A DNA stretch of 64,000 nt, taken from positions 89,344,001 to 89,408,000 of the forward strand of contig NC_045697.1 of assembly GCF_009834535.1 (NCBI RefSeq), written 5' to 3'. The notes beneath the pieces were generated by a model, which worked only from the letters and a program-made list of their open reading frames with translations, was not told where the DNA came from and ran no database searches. Of the stretch, positions 38,057 through 50,883 are shown piece by piece. Source of the stretch: Camelus ferus (Eukaryota). Numbering within the stretch: position 1 is the stretch's first letter; each line of letters opens with the position of its first letter. A program made the position numbers and the translations under genes.

Positions 38057-40352
38057 GCTATGGATAACATATGGATAGTTTTCATATGTCATATTTGGAT
38101 TGTGGAATGTATGTGTATGCATGTGCACATGCCTAGATTTTTTAGTTAATAAAATCTGTAAGGTTTCATTCTGAGTGTGCATAAAACTGGGAAATTTTGG
38201 ACTATTAAGAAGAGTAGCTTTCAAGATATGCTTTGAAGAGACAATGCTAATTGAAGTGCTAGCTTAAATATTTCCCCAGGTAAACTCTTTCATGAATAGA
38301 AGCTAATCTTTAAGATTATTATTATTTAAGAACAAATATATTTCAAACACCTATCATTCATATCAGCAATATGTAATAATAGGTCAGAAGTTCTGTTATC
38401 ATCATATATATAGCACCCTGTTATTGCTGTTTTTCTATCTGTTAATATGTTATTGATTTCTAGGAATTATCAGTGTAGCAATTTTAATATCCACTAAATT
38501 ATTCTTTCAAAAAATTATCTTATGAAATACGGTAAGTGAATTAGTGAAGGTGAAACATGGAATTCAAAGAATGTGTGGGTAGGATTTGAAAATCTATGAT
38601 TTAAATTATTGTTAATAATGAAGAGTTTTTCCCCAGATCACTTTTCTTTTTCCATGAGAAATAGATTTATTAGATCTACTGCCATGCAAGGTCATATATT
38701 ACATTCCACCACAACAAATGACAACTGTGGGCTGGTTTTCACAACACAGAAAAGAGATGAAAATTTCAAAATTAGCTCTTTTGGATTGTTTCCTACATAT
38801 ACAGTACCAACTGAAAAATCACTCGTATCCTTAAGAGTGGGAAGGTAAGCACTCCATCATTTGGTGAGCCTTCTTTAGAGTAAATACAGTCATGGTAAGG
38901 GAATAAATGTTTTTAGACATGAAAACTATTTTCTCTTTGGAAGAAAATATGAATGAATTCCCCTGGACTATCATTTGTTCTGAGATTTAATGTCAGGCAA
39001 AGCATTTGATGGAAAAACTTCACTAAACAGGGTTTTATGGGAAGAAAATATCTTTTGATTTCTTTTTTTAATGTTTGGGAATCATTTTATATTTTGGCCT
39101 CTTTTCTCTCCCAGAAGTTGGTTATGTGGAAAATAATTTTCACACATATAGTGATTAGTCATTGCTAACTGAAAAGTGTTTGGCCATTATTTGGTGCCTT
39201 GTTACTCAGTTTCAACATAATGAAATTCCTTTTTTTTTTTTAAACAAAAGGCAATAATAATATACTAAAAGTCGACTTCACTATTGTACCAGGGAGTAGC
39301 AAAGCAGAGTTCAATGCAAAATTCTCTGAAGGATTTACTCCACTATTTTGTTGTTTGTATACAGTATGCCAAGTAAAATGTCAAAACTATTTTTCTTTTC
39401 ACCTATTATTTTATCGTTTAGATATTAGACCCTGTTTTCCCAAGTTTGAGAGTCTAGAGGTTTTACTTTACTGACACACATGTCGCATTTTCAGGAAATC
39501 TTGCATAACTTTTAGTTATTATACCACGTTCATATAATTATACAAATTCATGACTTACTCCACCTATACTTAACCAAAATGGGCATGACACCTTAAGTTG
39601 TCACTTATAAATATGTATTTTTACTATGACTGTTATGCTGTGTTTCTGAAATGATTGGAAAAACGGCAGACACAAGACTGTCAAAACATTTGGCCATTTG
39701 GATCCTGTCTCTATAAGCCCCTAAAACTCAAACACAACATGCAGGAGGGTTGGGCCTTCTATGTTTATTTAACTGACAGGCCACATCACCTAGAACAGCA
39801 CATGGAGTTTAGTAAATACACAAGTAGACGAGCATCTATACTTTGGCGTTTACAAAGTATTAGTTACAATTCTAATTGCCTTTTCCCATTATAATTAATT
39901 CCTATTCGAGGTAAAGTAAATGTTGATAAAGTTACCATTTGAGAGGTAAGAATTCTGCTGGAAAAATTTTTCTTCAAAATACATTGATTCCTTTTTTATT
40001 TCAGAAGTGCTAGAATTTCTGTAAGAAATAATGCTGTGGTGTTTACACAAAAAGACAGTTAACTTTAATTTTCTAATGAATATAACCTTAATTAAATAAG
40101 CTTAATAAAGTTCTACAAATGGAGCTTCTCTTTCAAAACAATTATAATCAGTAATGAGCATCACAGAGAATCAGTAGAAAAGTGGTTATACTTCAAGTAA
40201 AGAAAACAACTACAACCCACAAAATCAATTAAGACTTTTTTGACCCTAAAATAATGGATTTTTCTTCTGAATGCTCAAACAGCAATAACTGTAACTTTCT
40301 CCTTGTGGTTATTCTCTGCTAATTCAGTTTGAGATCAAGGAAGAAAAGTAAT

Positions 40353-40401
40353 TGAATGAATGAATGAATGAATAAACAAACAAACAAACAAACAAACAAA
40401 C
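40353..40401 (+). repeat. Compound (TGAA)n(AAAC)n microsatellite
   Basis: About 5 TGAA units followed by about 7 AAAC units. Confidence 0.9.
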
Positions 40402-42139
40402 ACTCTCTTTCCTTGAGTTCTGTATCAGTGGAGAATTAATACAAAAGAGTGAAATGGGAGATCGAGACATCATCTTTATTCCTAAATAAAAGATAAGTGT
40501 AATGCTAGAGGGTGTGCCTTTATCTCTGGGAGAGCAGACTTCCTTATAATTAAGGTAACTACATTGTTTAGTATCTCAACCAGGAAAGAGAAAAGGAGCA
40601 ATGTTATTAATTACATTGAGCATAAATTGAGAACATCCAGACAAACCGAGACATATGTTTACACTATTTGTAATGAACCACAGACTTCGACAAATGCACC
40701 CATCCAATAGCAGACTCTGCTGAATGATCCCAGACCTCTCTTCTGAAAGCAAACCCTTTGCTTCATGTTGAAAATCAGAAAAAGAGTGTATATTCTCAGC
40801 AAGCAGATTTTTCTCCCAAGAAAGAAAGAATTGAGCCAAACCTTGTCAGTCTATTCTTCCAAATTTATTATGCCAAACCTCTGATTTAGTTAAATGGGAC
40901 TGACCAAGAGGGACAATGAGATCAAGGGTTTCACACCAGTGGATTTTGCTCCACATGGAAGAAAACATCAGGAGTGAGTGAGAAGTGGTCCTCCTCTGCC
41001 CCTCAAAATCTTGTACTATTTTCTAAGCACCAATACTTCTACATTTGGGTTAAGTTCAGTACTTCAGATAAGGTGTGTTATAGCAGAAAAGCAAAGAATT
41101 AGATCAAGTTCTTAACTTCTGTGTTTCCAAAGACTAATCTCGAAGGAAACAGTATGAAGTTCATTCTGAAAAAAGAAAAATTAAAGAGTAGATAACCAGT
41201 TAGAGTCTATTTTCATAGCCTCTGGCCACGGAGAGGAAATAAAAAAGACTGATGGAAACAAGATGGTTAGATGTTGACATGTGACCATTTTGCTTCCTGC
41301 CCTACAGAGCATGATTCTGATGTGAGGGTGGAAGGATGGGGCAAGGGAAGAAACCCAAGATAGGTCTGTACAGTGTGAGGACAGTTAGGACTGAATGAGG
41401 GCTTGATGAATCCCTGTCCCCAGTAGATGAATAGAGTAAAAGTATTGTGTATGGCATCAATGAAACAAGCCTAATACAGGTACAGGATGCAAAACAGTAG
41501 AGTGTTTTTGTTATTTGTTTGTTTTTTTGTTTTGTTTGTTTTTCTAAGCTGCAAGGTTAAGTCACAGAGAACCAAAGGACTTTTTAACCTTTCGTTTAGG
41601 AAAATTAGATGGGCATAGCAACAGAGAGACCCGATCTGGACACAGATTAATGTGTAATAGTCTTCTATTCCTTCCAAATTTGACAATGTAACACATAAAT
41701 CCCTAAAAATTGTAGCGATCCGAAAGAGAAGGAAGTAAACCCTGAACTCCTAAGATAATGATTCTGTGTCTTTGAAGAAAATAGATTAGAGAAGAAATTA
41801 AGTCATGAAAAAACAAAGTTATATTCATACCTATGTGTATATTTATTATGTTGACTGTTTACATTTATGGATCCTTGACAAATTTTGAATGATCTTCCCA
41901 CATTTATATACTTTGAGTAATTCACTCCGAGAAGTGAAATGTATCTCTTGCAGTCTCTCATACATGCACAGGCTCATGACCCAAGATTCTCCAATAAGGT
42001 GCCCCTGCAAGAGGCTTTAATTTGGAAAAGAGAGCTATGAGGAAGTGGCAGCTATGTGAAACTGGTATTAATGATAGGGGAAAGGCAGAAGCATGCAGCT
42101 TTGAATGGCAATACTGTAATTCTTGTGTTTCATACTAGT

Positions 42140-42335
42140 TTTGTTAGTTTGCTAAAGCTTCCATAACAAAGCACCACAAATTAAGTGGTTTAAACAACAG
42201 AAGTTTATTATCTCACAATTCTAGAGGCTAGCAGCCTAAGATCAAGGGGCTGAAAGTGTTGGTTCTTCCTGAGAGCTGTAAGGGAGGACGTCCTATGTGC
42301 CTCTCCCAGGGTCTGGAGCTTGCTGACAGTCTTTG
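42140..42335 (-). mobile_element. MaLR LTR fragment (MLT1C-like)
   Basis: TTAGTTTGCTAAAGCTTCCATAACAAAGCACCACAAATTAAGTGGTTTAAACAACAGAAGTTTATTATCTCACAATTCTAGAGGCTAG. Confidence 0.85.
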
Positions 42336-42810
42336 ACTGACCATCCAACTTCTGCCTCTCCAGCAGATGTTTCAGTGTCAGTAGGTGGGTCCCCTTCACC
42401 AGCGGCCCATGTGCTTTCCAGTCTAGTGTTTTTGTGCTGGTGAGTCTGTGTGTGAGCTCTTTAAGTAAAAGTCGGTTGGTTTTCCATTCCCTGCAGTTCT
42501 GTGGTTTTGGGGATGTAGCCTCTGTTGGTTTTCAAAGCCAGGTGTTTGGGGAGCTCAGGATCTAAGGGTTGGGGTGCCTGGTGTGGAGTTCAGATTCCTT
42601 GCTTCTCAGGGAAAAGTTTCATACCTTTGTGACCGCTCCCAATTGTGGGTCACCATAGCTTGGGTGTGATTTTTTTTCCTTGATGAGACCATATCTCTGC
42701 CTCGCCTATTTATCTCAGTGCTGTCCTTTTACCCTGTGATGTGGATTTGTTGTGTCCATGGGAGGAGGTGACTTCAGGATCTCCCTATGCTGCCACCTGG
42801 AACCCTTTCC
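42336..42810 (-). mobile_element. Isolated L1 5' UTR fragment (older laurasiatherian type)
   Basis: GTTGGTTTTCAAAGCCAGGTGTTTGGGG...GGTTGGGGTGCCTGGTGTGG...TGTGTCCATGGGAGGAGGTGACTTCAGGATCTCCCTATGCTGCCACCTGGAACC; the terminus is homologous to 22563-22614 and 54520-54574. Confidence 0.75.
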
Positions 42811-43175
42811 CTATTTTTAAATGTGAAAGTATGCCCTAATAAAAAATAAAGAAGAGAAACGATGTGGCCAAAAATATCCTCACATTTTTAAAACGTTTAT
42901 GTTTAATATTACATAAGCAAATAAGGAATGCAGTCACAGTTAAAGACAGTAAACAGAACATAAGGTTAAATCATTTCTGAGCTGGACACCATACAAAAAG
43001 TTTAAAAGTGTTGTCTCCTTACTTAAATTGCACATAAGTGGCAGATATTGGTAATATGAAATAAAATATACTTTTACTTTTATCATTTTGATGGTTATAT
43101 TAGTTATTTGGGCTCTGCAAATGAACTGAGACTTGGAAGTATCTTTAAGATTTGAAACATCAATCTCCTGAAGTT

Positions 43176-43189
43176 CCACTAGGGGGTGC
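43176..43189 (+). promoter_or_regulatory. Candidate CTCF core motif
   Basis: CCACTAGGGGGTGC versus consensus CCA(C/G)(C/T)AG(A/G)GGGCGC: one difference, at the CpG. Confidence 0.4.
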
Positions 43190-43437
43190 AAGCTTTGAAA
43201 CAGGGAAAAAAACCACTGTCCTGGTTGGGGATGGATAGTTAATGGATTAGGAGGATGGAAGAAATGCACCCTCCATTACCAAATGCCACATGAGTACTGC
43301 TAAGGCCAGACCTAGATGTTCTAAAACATAAACCCAACTCACTCTGAGAACATGCTCTAGACTTAGATTTTAAAACAAACAAACAAATGAATAAATAAGT
43401 AAAACCTCTTTGTTTAAAAAAATGGTAGTTTCGGTGC

Positions 43438-43560
43438 AGCAGAGCTTATTACATTTCAGTGTGTATCAGAATCACTGGAGCACTTATTAAAAAAAAAAAA
43501 GATTATTGGGCAATACTCTCTGAATTTCTAATTAATCCTGGGGCAGGGCTAAGGATTTTC
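43438..43560. mobile_element. MER5A/B (hAT-Charlie) fragment
   Basis: TTTCAGTGTGTATCAGAATCACTGGAGCACTTATTAAAA...GATTATTGGG...CTGGGGCAGGGCTAAGGATTT. Confidence 0.7.
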
Positions 43561-46500
43561 CAAATCCTCTTCCTTTCTTCATTCTGCCAGCTCTCTGTCC
43601 CCTCTCATAGTAGTCCAAGAGGCAGTAGCTGGAATATGGTGGTGGGGGGGTGCTATTTGCCCCTCGTTTGCCTTCTGCCCACCAAATATCTATCTAATGG
43701 CGAAACTGAGTCTATAGAAAAAGTTACTACCTGTTTTGTTAATTGTGAATTCTATTACATCCGTAATGTTATTGTCTGGTTGCAATTGGCTTTTTTGAAA
43801 ATTAATTTTGAGGTTGTGAAAGATTTTATTTTATTATTTAAAGGCAGATGCTCTCTTTCTCAAGCTAGGGTGGGGGAAAGCCTTGGCTGGTAGCTGAAGC
43901 ATTTGGGCAGAGTTCTTTACGGCATTAAAAAAAAAAAAAAATGCATTTACTTGGGAAAACAGCATCATGTGACAGGACCATAGCAATCATAACACCTCGG
44001 GTGCCAGGAAACACTCACTCTGGGTGGCTTGGACGACTCCAGATTCTTAAGAGCTTTTTTTTTTTTTTTTTTTTTGGTGGTAGAAAGTCCCTGCAGTGCA
44101 TTAATGTCTACAGAGAGCTAATAGCAACCCTGTCTCTAAAGCAACTGGTTTGTACTTTATGAGCCTGCAAGGCAGAAGAATAACAGACACATATCACTGA
44201 CAGTTAACAAAGCTATCTTTCATGATTCTCTTTTTTTGCCCTTTTACCAAAAGTCTCATTTTGTAGAAAAACACTCTACAAATAATGACTTAAATTATTT
44301 CCGAATAAAAGCATTTTCTTCCTCAAATTATCTAAAGTCTTAAAAATGCCATGATGTTATTTTAGCAATGCTTAAGGGCTTCCCCTCTCTTTTATATGTG
44401 TATACAAAATGAAAAATTGATGTTTAAAATATTTTTCTCTTCTTGCATCTGACATGTAAGGCCTATATCACAAGTAATTCTGTAACTTGGCACTATTCTT
44501 TATGAGGAATAGGCACATTTGATTACACGCAATTTTTTTGCAAGAATCTATATAGTAACATTAGTATCTAGTATATATTGTGAATCTGCCTCTGAAAAAT
44601 AAGAAGCTTAGTCATTTTTCTAGTTTATTTTCACTGTGAATTGTCATGTGTGAAGAGAGGGGTTATCAGAGGTGGTCGTAATTGTTCAGGTTCCAGAGTT
44701 TTGCCAGAGTGAAATATCACAGCTTTGCCAAGTCTCTTTTCTTTTTGATAGTTGTATTTCATGTCTGGTACCACAGTTAGTCTCTAAAGGCACTCTCTTT
44801 CCTCAGATGTCTTGGCTTAATGTGGACAAACATTCCAAAGTAAATTTATTAAGAAGGGGAAAATGAAGAAAAATAAAATATGGAATCTAGACACAGATAA
44901 GTTTACATACAGATTCTCTTCTCTGAAGGTAGCTGGAGTCTGAACCACAGATTGACATGTCTGGCCAGCTCTCCAGGACTTGAAGACCTTGGTTCTTCTC
45001 CCTTAATCCTGTCTGGTATTGTTTCTGACCAGTAAGGCCAGCTTCGGGTTGGTACCCTGAGTGGGTGGATAAAGTCTAAACGATTTCACAGCATTCTCCT
45101 GCCCTGTCTCCTGTGTTGTGTCGTACTTCAGACCAATCTTGTCCTCTAATCCATATGGGAAAGACACCATTCCCTATCTGGTCCAAAGTAACTCCTCTTT
45201 CTTCAGACTGACCTGCAGTAACTTCCCAGAATTTATTGTCTTTGTTTGCATTCTCTCTCCTGGAATGAATACACTCAATCCCAAGTAAGTTTTCTCTGTC
45301 CTCTTTCCTTTACCTAAATGTTATCAGGAACCAAAAAGGTAATGTGAGTATGTAAAGTGGTCCTGGGGAAGAGGCATAATGATTGTTTTATTTCAGTGGA
45401 TTTTTTCTTTTTTTCTTTTTTTTTAAGTTCACCAATTGGTGAAATCAAAGACCACCAAAGAATAATGTTTTCTAATTATCTGCCTGATATCAGTTATAGG
45501 CAGGAGGTCAAGGCAGTGGGGATAGAGAGCTGCAACACTTAAGAAAAATGTGGATAGATAGATCTATGCATACGTACATGGATAGATGTATATGATATAT
45601 AATATGCACATCACTGCCTTATATAGATACAGATTGCTTTTTCTAAGTGGATATATATACTGTTTGCCTTTAGGATTCTAAAGGCAGGAGTATTTGGGAA
45701 ATTATACAGATAAAGGAAGAAAAAATAATGTTTGTTAAAAAAATATACCTTTTAATGGAGACTGAAATATTAGAGTAGTGTCCATAACATTATCTTATTC
45801 ATATAAAGTCACAATTTTCTCAGAATTTTACAATAGATTCTGCAGTATTGAAGTGTGTGCTGACCAAGCTCAAGGCAGGAAAATAGAAGCATAGGTTAGT
45901 ATATAATGTTAGGTTATTCTGGGTCCTCTGATTAGCTGTAAGTAGTTTCTATTAGAACAATGTGTGGTTTACATCAATATTTTAAACTATCTTGATACAA
46001 TATAGTCCTGTGCTGAAACATAACAGTCTAATAAATTTCTAAGCACTTTACAACCCTGACAATTGTATATAAGGTCATTTAGCATGGCACATTTTACATC
46101 CTGACAGAGGGGGGCCCTGTGTCCCATGACTGTAAGCATTAACACTAAACACTTCAGAGGAAGATGTATGTTATCTGCTTAGTTGACCAACCTAAGGTGA
46201 ATCCACTGGCATGAACCCAGCTTGGTTTGTATGCTTTAGTGAAATGCTTCTGATAACTCAGTCAGCTAGGAATCTGCTCCTCCACAGAGATGTGCATGCT
46301 TTGTTATAACTCTTAGACTGGAGGAGCAATTCCTGTGGCTTCTCAGAAAGCTGATCTTTTTGACTTTAAATTTGGAATAACTGAACACCTCTGACTGCTG
46401 TGCAGTATTGGGAGGGAGCCCACTAAAGATACAAAGACTGCAGCTGTGCTTATTTTGGAAGGCCCATGGTGCAGAGTCAGTTTTTGCCCTTAGACTATAA

Positions 46501-49500
46501 TGCATGGCTGAGATGTCCAAGGGATTGTGTACAACGGATTGATGGACCAGAACTGGCTGTTGTAAGAGCAGATAGGCCTCTGTAAAATGAAATAATTGAT
46601 AAGAATGTCAATTTAAAAGTAAAGTTTGTACCTATTGCTTAAACAAGGAATTATATTGTTCCAGAATGGGGGTCTTTAATTGTATCTTCAACTGAACTGA
46701 AGGCAGAATACTTTCTCCTATTTTTCTCTTTAGCTTTTCCATTTAATTGTGGAAAACAAAATGGAAGAAATTAAGTGGAAAACAAATAATGATTTTTGGC
46801 TACATAAAAGTAAAACTTCTTTGATTAAAAAAGAAATTTATTTCACACAAAGTGATTTTTTAAATGATGCCCATATTTTTACATGTACTGATTGAATGAA
46901 CAATTATTTGTTCCATGTGCTGTATCAGTGAAAGCCTTACACTTTGACATTATAATCACCTTGTATTAACTTTAAATGAACAATCACGTATTTCTGGTAC
47001 CTTGGCTCATGTTGGTCATGAATTTTTATGTTATTTTTTAAGAAATAAAGCATCTTTTTCCAAGAGTAGTTTTTAGGCTGCTTCATTTGCTATCAGCAAT
47101 CTATAACATTTACCATGAGGTCAATACCCTAAACTTATTATCCTCTTAAATGAATCCCTGAGAGGGTATAAACAAATGGAGACAACTTAGGTATTGTTCC
47201 TTAATTTATCCTTTCTCTAATGCTTCAGTAAACCCAAAATGCTACAAAAAATATTATTTAAGAATAAATGGTTTATGGCAGGATTCACTGAGGAAAACAT
47301 TCTGCTTAAGTACAAGGAACTTTGTAGAGTTCTTTGGGAGCCAAAGCTTTCTCATGTAAACATCAAAGTTCTTATTTTCATTTGCCATATAAAATAATTA
47401 TTTTAAAATGTGAATATCATTCATAAATGAATGGTGTTGGTAATGGTGACTTTTAAAATTTCTATCCTACACAAGGAAAATATTTGTCTTTATCTGATCA
47501 AGCCAATGATTAAAAATCTAGAGAGGCTCATGGGTATATGATGGGTAGCTATGGAAGCTGGACAGTTACGGAAAGTTTACAGCATTTATGGGATGATATT
47601 TATGGGGTTGGTATTTAATGTGCTGAACTGCTAGAGGTTAAGTCTCTTGAACTATGTCCCCAGTGATCCTAAGGATCTGCAGACCTATTTCATGAATGCC
47701 AAAGGAAGCAGGGTAAGGGGAGAAGCCAAGAGAATGTATGATATATGAAACACTGTTCACCTTGAATAGTTCTGCCTTCATTTTATATCTTGGATCTTGG
47801 GGCCTTATCTTCAAGTTCATGTAAAGAAAAGTTTTTGTTCTGTTTTCAAAAATAAAAATTCAAAAATCATTGCCTCCTCATTGCATATCCCTTTGGGAGC
47901 TCATCCAGCAAAAATCAAACTGGAATAGATGCATTAAAAAAAAAAAGGATAAATGGTTTAGTATGAAGTTCCCTCCAATAAAGCAAAAACCAAAAACAAA
48001 GAACAAAACAAACAAACAAAAAGAGTTCAGAAAAAAGAAAATCTTGGGAAACTAAAAATGTAAGAATAATGTGGCTTCCAATTATATTTTAGAGACAGAT
48101 AGAAAATATAAATCAAGAACTCAAGTTTTAAGATCTTTATAAGTATATAGTATTTTCATATCACTTATTTTTGATGACCCAGGCTGTTTTAGTCTAATGA
48201 TTAATGATACATTGCTTAAGATGAAACTGCTTAGGGGGATAGTTTCCATGAAAGTGTCCACTAACAGTTATTTTTTGCTGTGGACGAAAACTCCAATCCA
48301 CCGAAGGATAAAGTAGGTAGGGTAGTAATATTTAGAAAGAAAGAAGAAAGAGAAGAAGAGAGAGGGAAAGAGATGTATTTAATGTCACTAGTATGTATAG
48401 ATCCCTGTAAAAAGTTACAAATAATCAAGCGTGTATATTCTGCATAAAGAATGCTGCCAAAATTACAGAATTACTTGTGATTTAATGCTTCATGTGTTAG
48501 ATGCAAGAAGGGAAAAAATGGTCCCTTCTTGCATCTGGGAGAAGGGATATCCATTTATCTTTTGTTTTACTCCAAAACAGTAAAGCTCAAGAAGATAACA
48601 TGTTCTTGAAAATTGTTTTAAGATAAATAGAAGAAAGGTCCTATATTTGCCTACATTTCAATAGAAGCTAAACTATATTTTGCTGAACACTGGTCTCTTG
48701 ATTTAAAACAAAACAAAACAAAATCTTTAAAGGAAAATAGAAATTGTCTGTTTCTAGTTATTTTGCACTTAAATCATTAAAATGTTGCTGTCTTAGTTTC
48801 CATTAGTTATACAAAATCATTTTCAACAATTTCAATAATCATTTTAGCTGCATTTCTCTTAAATGCAGGCCTGTTTTCCAAGTACAAATAAATTTGAACA
48901 AAAGATTTGATTTCTGTTAGAAATTTCTCCAGATGTGAATTTTGAAATAAGCCTCATGTTATTATTCTAGTTTGCAATGAAACATGGATTAAGGCATAAA
49001 AAGAAGGAGAAAATGCTTGGTAAATAAATAAATAGATAATTAAACTTTGTTTACCATTCCATCCACAGATTTTGATGTTTGCCAGAATATAATGTTGGCT
49101 TGAGAGATGGGGTGTTGGTTAACTCGAAGCCAAACAATTTGATATTTAGGAAAATAATAAGTGAATTTTGTTGAAAAACAAGTTACTTGCAGATTTCACT
49201 TAATTCATATTGCCACCATTTTGTGTTTGTGCATATTCTAGCTTAGCATGAGTAATGATGCTAAGCTGAACAGCAGTGTTTTAGCCCATGTCTGTCCCTT
49301 GAACAATCTTCAGTTACAGGTAGTCAGTATGACCAAGTATGTTAGTCAAATAATTCAAATTAAAATAAGTAAAATAGTTCAACTTGAAAAAAAAAAACTT
49401 TCCATCATTTTATCATGTCAGCTTGACTTCGTATCATCACAGAGACCCAATTTATAAACCAACATTTTGTGTTATCCCATTGGCAAATACAGCTAATTTT

Positions 49501-49516
49501 ACAAGATATTTGTTAG

Positions 49517-49518
<2 letters not shown>

Positions 49519-49557
<39 letters not shown>
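49519..49557 (+). repeat. (AT)n microsatellite
   Basis: About 19 perfect AT units. Confidence 0.95.
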
Positions 49558-49560
<3 letters not shown>

Positions 49561-49689
49561 TCAATAATTTTGCTTATCTTTCTTTTTTTCTTTCTACCTA
49601 TCATTTATTGGGCAAACAAAATTAAATATCATTTGGATATTGTTGCAACCAGGCACTTCTGTTCCTGCATTACCAAATTTCATATTGAT

Positions 49690-50260
49690 ATACTTCATTC
49701 ACATAATTTCACCCATTAGACCAGCAAGCAATTTAAAGATTTCTAACATTCTTTGAGAATACAAAGGAGACTAGGCATTCACATATTCACAGTGAGCATA
49801 AAATTTGGTAACAGTCTTCCGGGGAATAATTTGCCAGTGGACATTAAATTTTAATTGTGCACAGAAAGCTGTTTTACAGAAATTACATCATAGTACAGAT
49901 GTTCATGGAAGCCTTGAACTAGCAATAGACACCACTTACTTTTCCATCAGTGAGGGAATAAACTATGATAAATCCATAAAAGTGAATACAGAGCAGCCAT
50001 GAAAGAGAAAGAGGAGATATATATTGAATGTTATGTAAATATGCACATGGTATGTTCAGTTGTGAAAAGAAAAAAATAAAATGAACACTAATATGTAGAA
50101 GATTATTTCTACTTTCTTAACAATAACAATAGCTAAATTATATTATTTATGCATACAAGTGAGAAAGATGACTGGAAGAAGAGCCGCGAGCTCAGGTGAA
50201 TGGATGGAGAGTGGACATTGAGAGCGTTCCACTCCTTGCCTTTTAAGTTTATGCCTCTAT
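49690..50260 (+). mobile_element. Old L1 (L1ME-like) 3' remnant
   Basis: AAAATTTGGTAACAGTCTTCCGGGGAATAATTTGCCAGT...GATGTTCATGG...AAACTATGATAAATCCATA...GAATACAGAGCAGCCATGAAA. Confidence 0.6.
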
Positions 50261-50834
50261 ATCTTAGGAGTAAAATTGGTTTACTTTACAGAATTTATTC
50301 TCTTTTCTGCTAACATCCAATCCGGTAAACCAGCACTTATTCCCCTTGTTCAGCATTTTTTTCCCTGAAAACTACTCTCCATCCAAAATAAATATTTCTA
50401 CTGTGCCACAAAACAATTATTCAGCTCTAAAATTGCACAGCCTTTGCCATATAGTAAATTCCACTAAGCCATGGCAAAACTCCATCTCCAATTCAGAAAA
50501 CGTTTATGTTTGACCAGTGGGAATGATGATAAATTGTTTATGTTACTCTTTGTCTTCTGGGGAAATGTTTTCATTAAGTCTGAATGCTATCTAATGAGTA
50601 AGACAGGAAAGTTTGGGAGAAGCTACTACTGTTATTCAGTCATTAAATACAATACACATTAAGATAGAGCAAGGCACTGTGGGAATGGCCATGCTCTCTG
50701 CTCCTGGGCTTGACTTACTACCCGAGCTCCTACTGTACAAGGTGGGAGTAAAACATCATTCTCACTAACAAGGGACTTTCTCTCTCTTGCAGGACAATGT
50801 TACACTTTACTGTTGAATTTTTTTTAGTGTTATG

Positions 50835-50836
<2 letters not shown>

Positions 50837-50880
<44 letters not shown>
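50837..50880 (+). repeat. (TG)n microsatellite
   Basis: About 22 perfect TG units. Confidence 0.95.

Positions 50881-50883
<3 letters not shown>

Noticed and set aside
43459..43893. 144 aa ORF
   Set aside because: Starts at a GTG inside a MER5 remnant, runs through a poly(A) tract, and has no recognisable domain or splice structure
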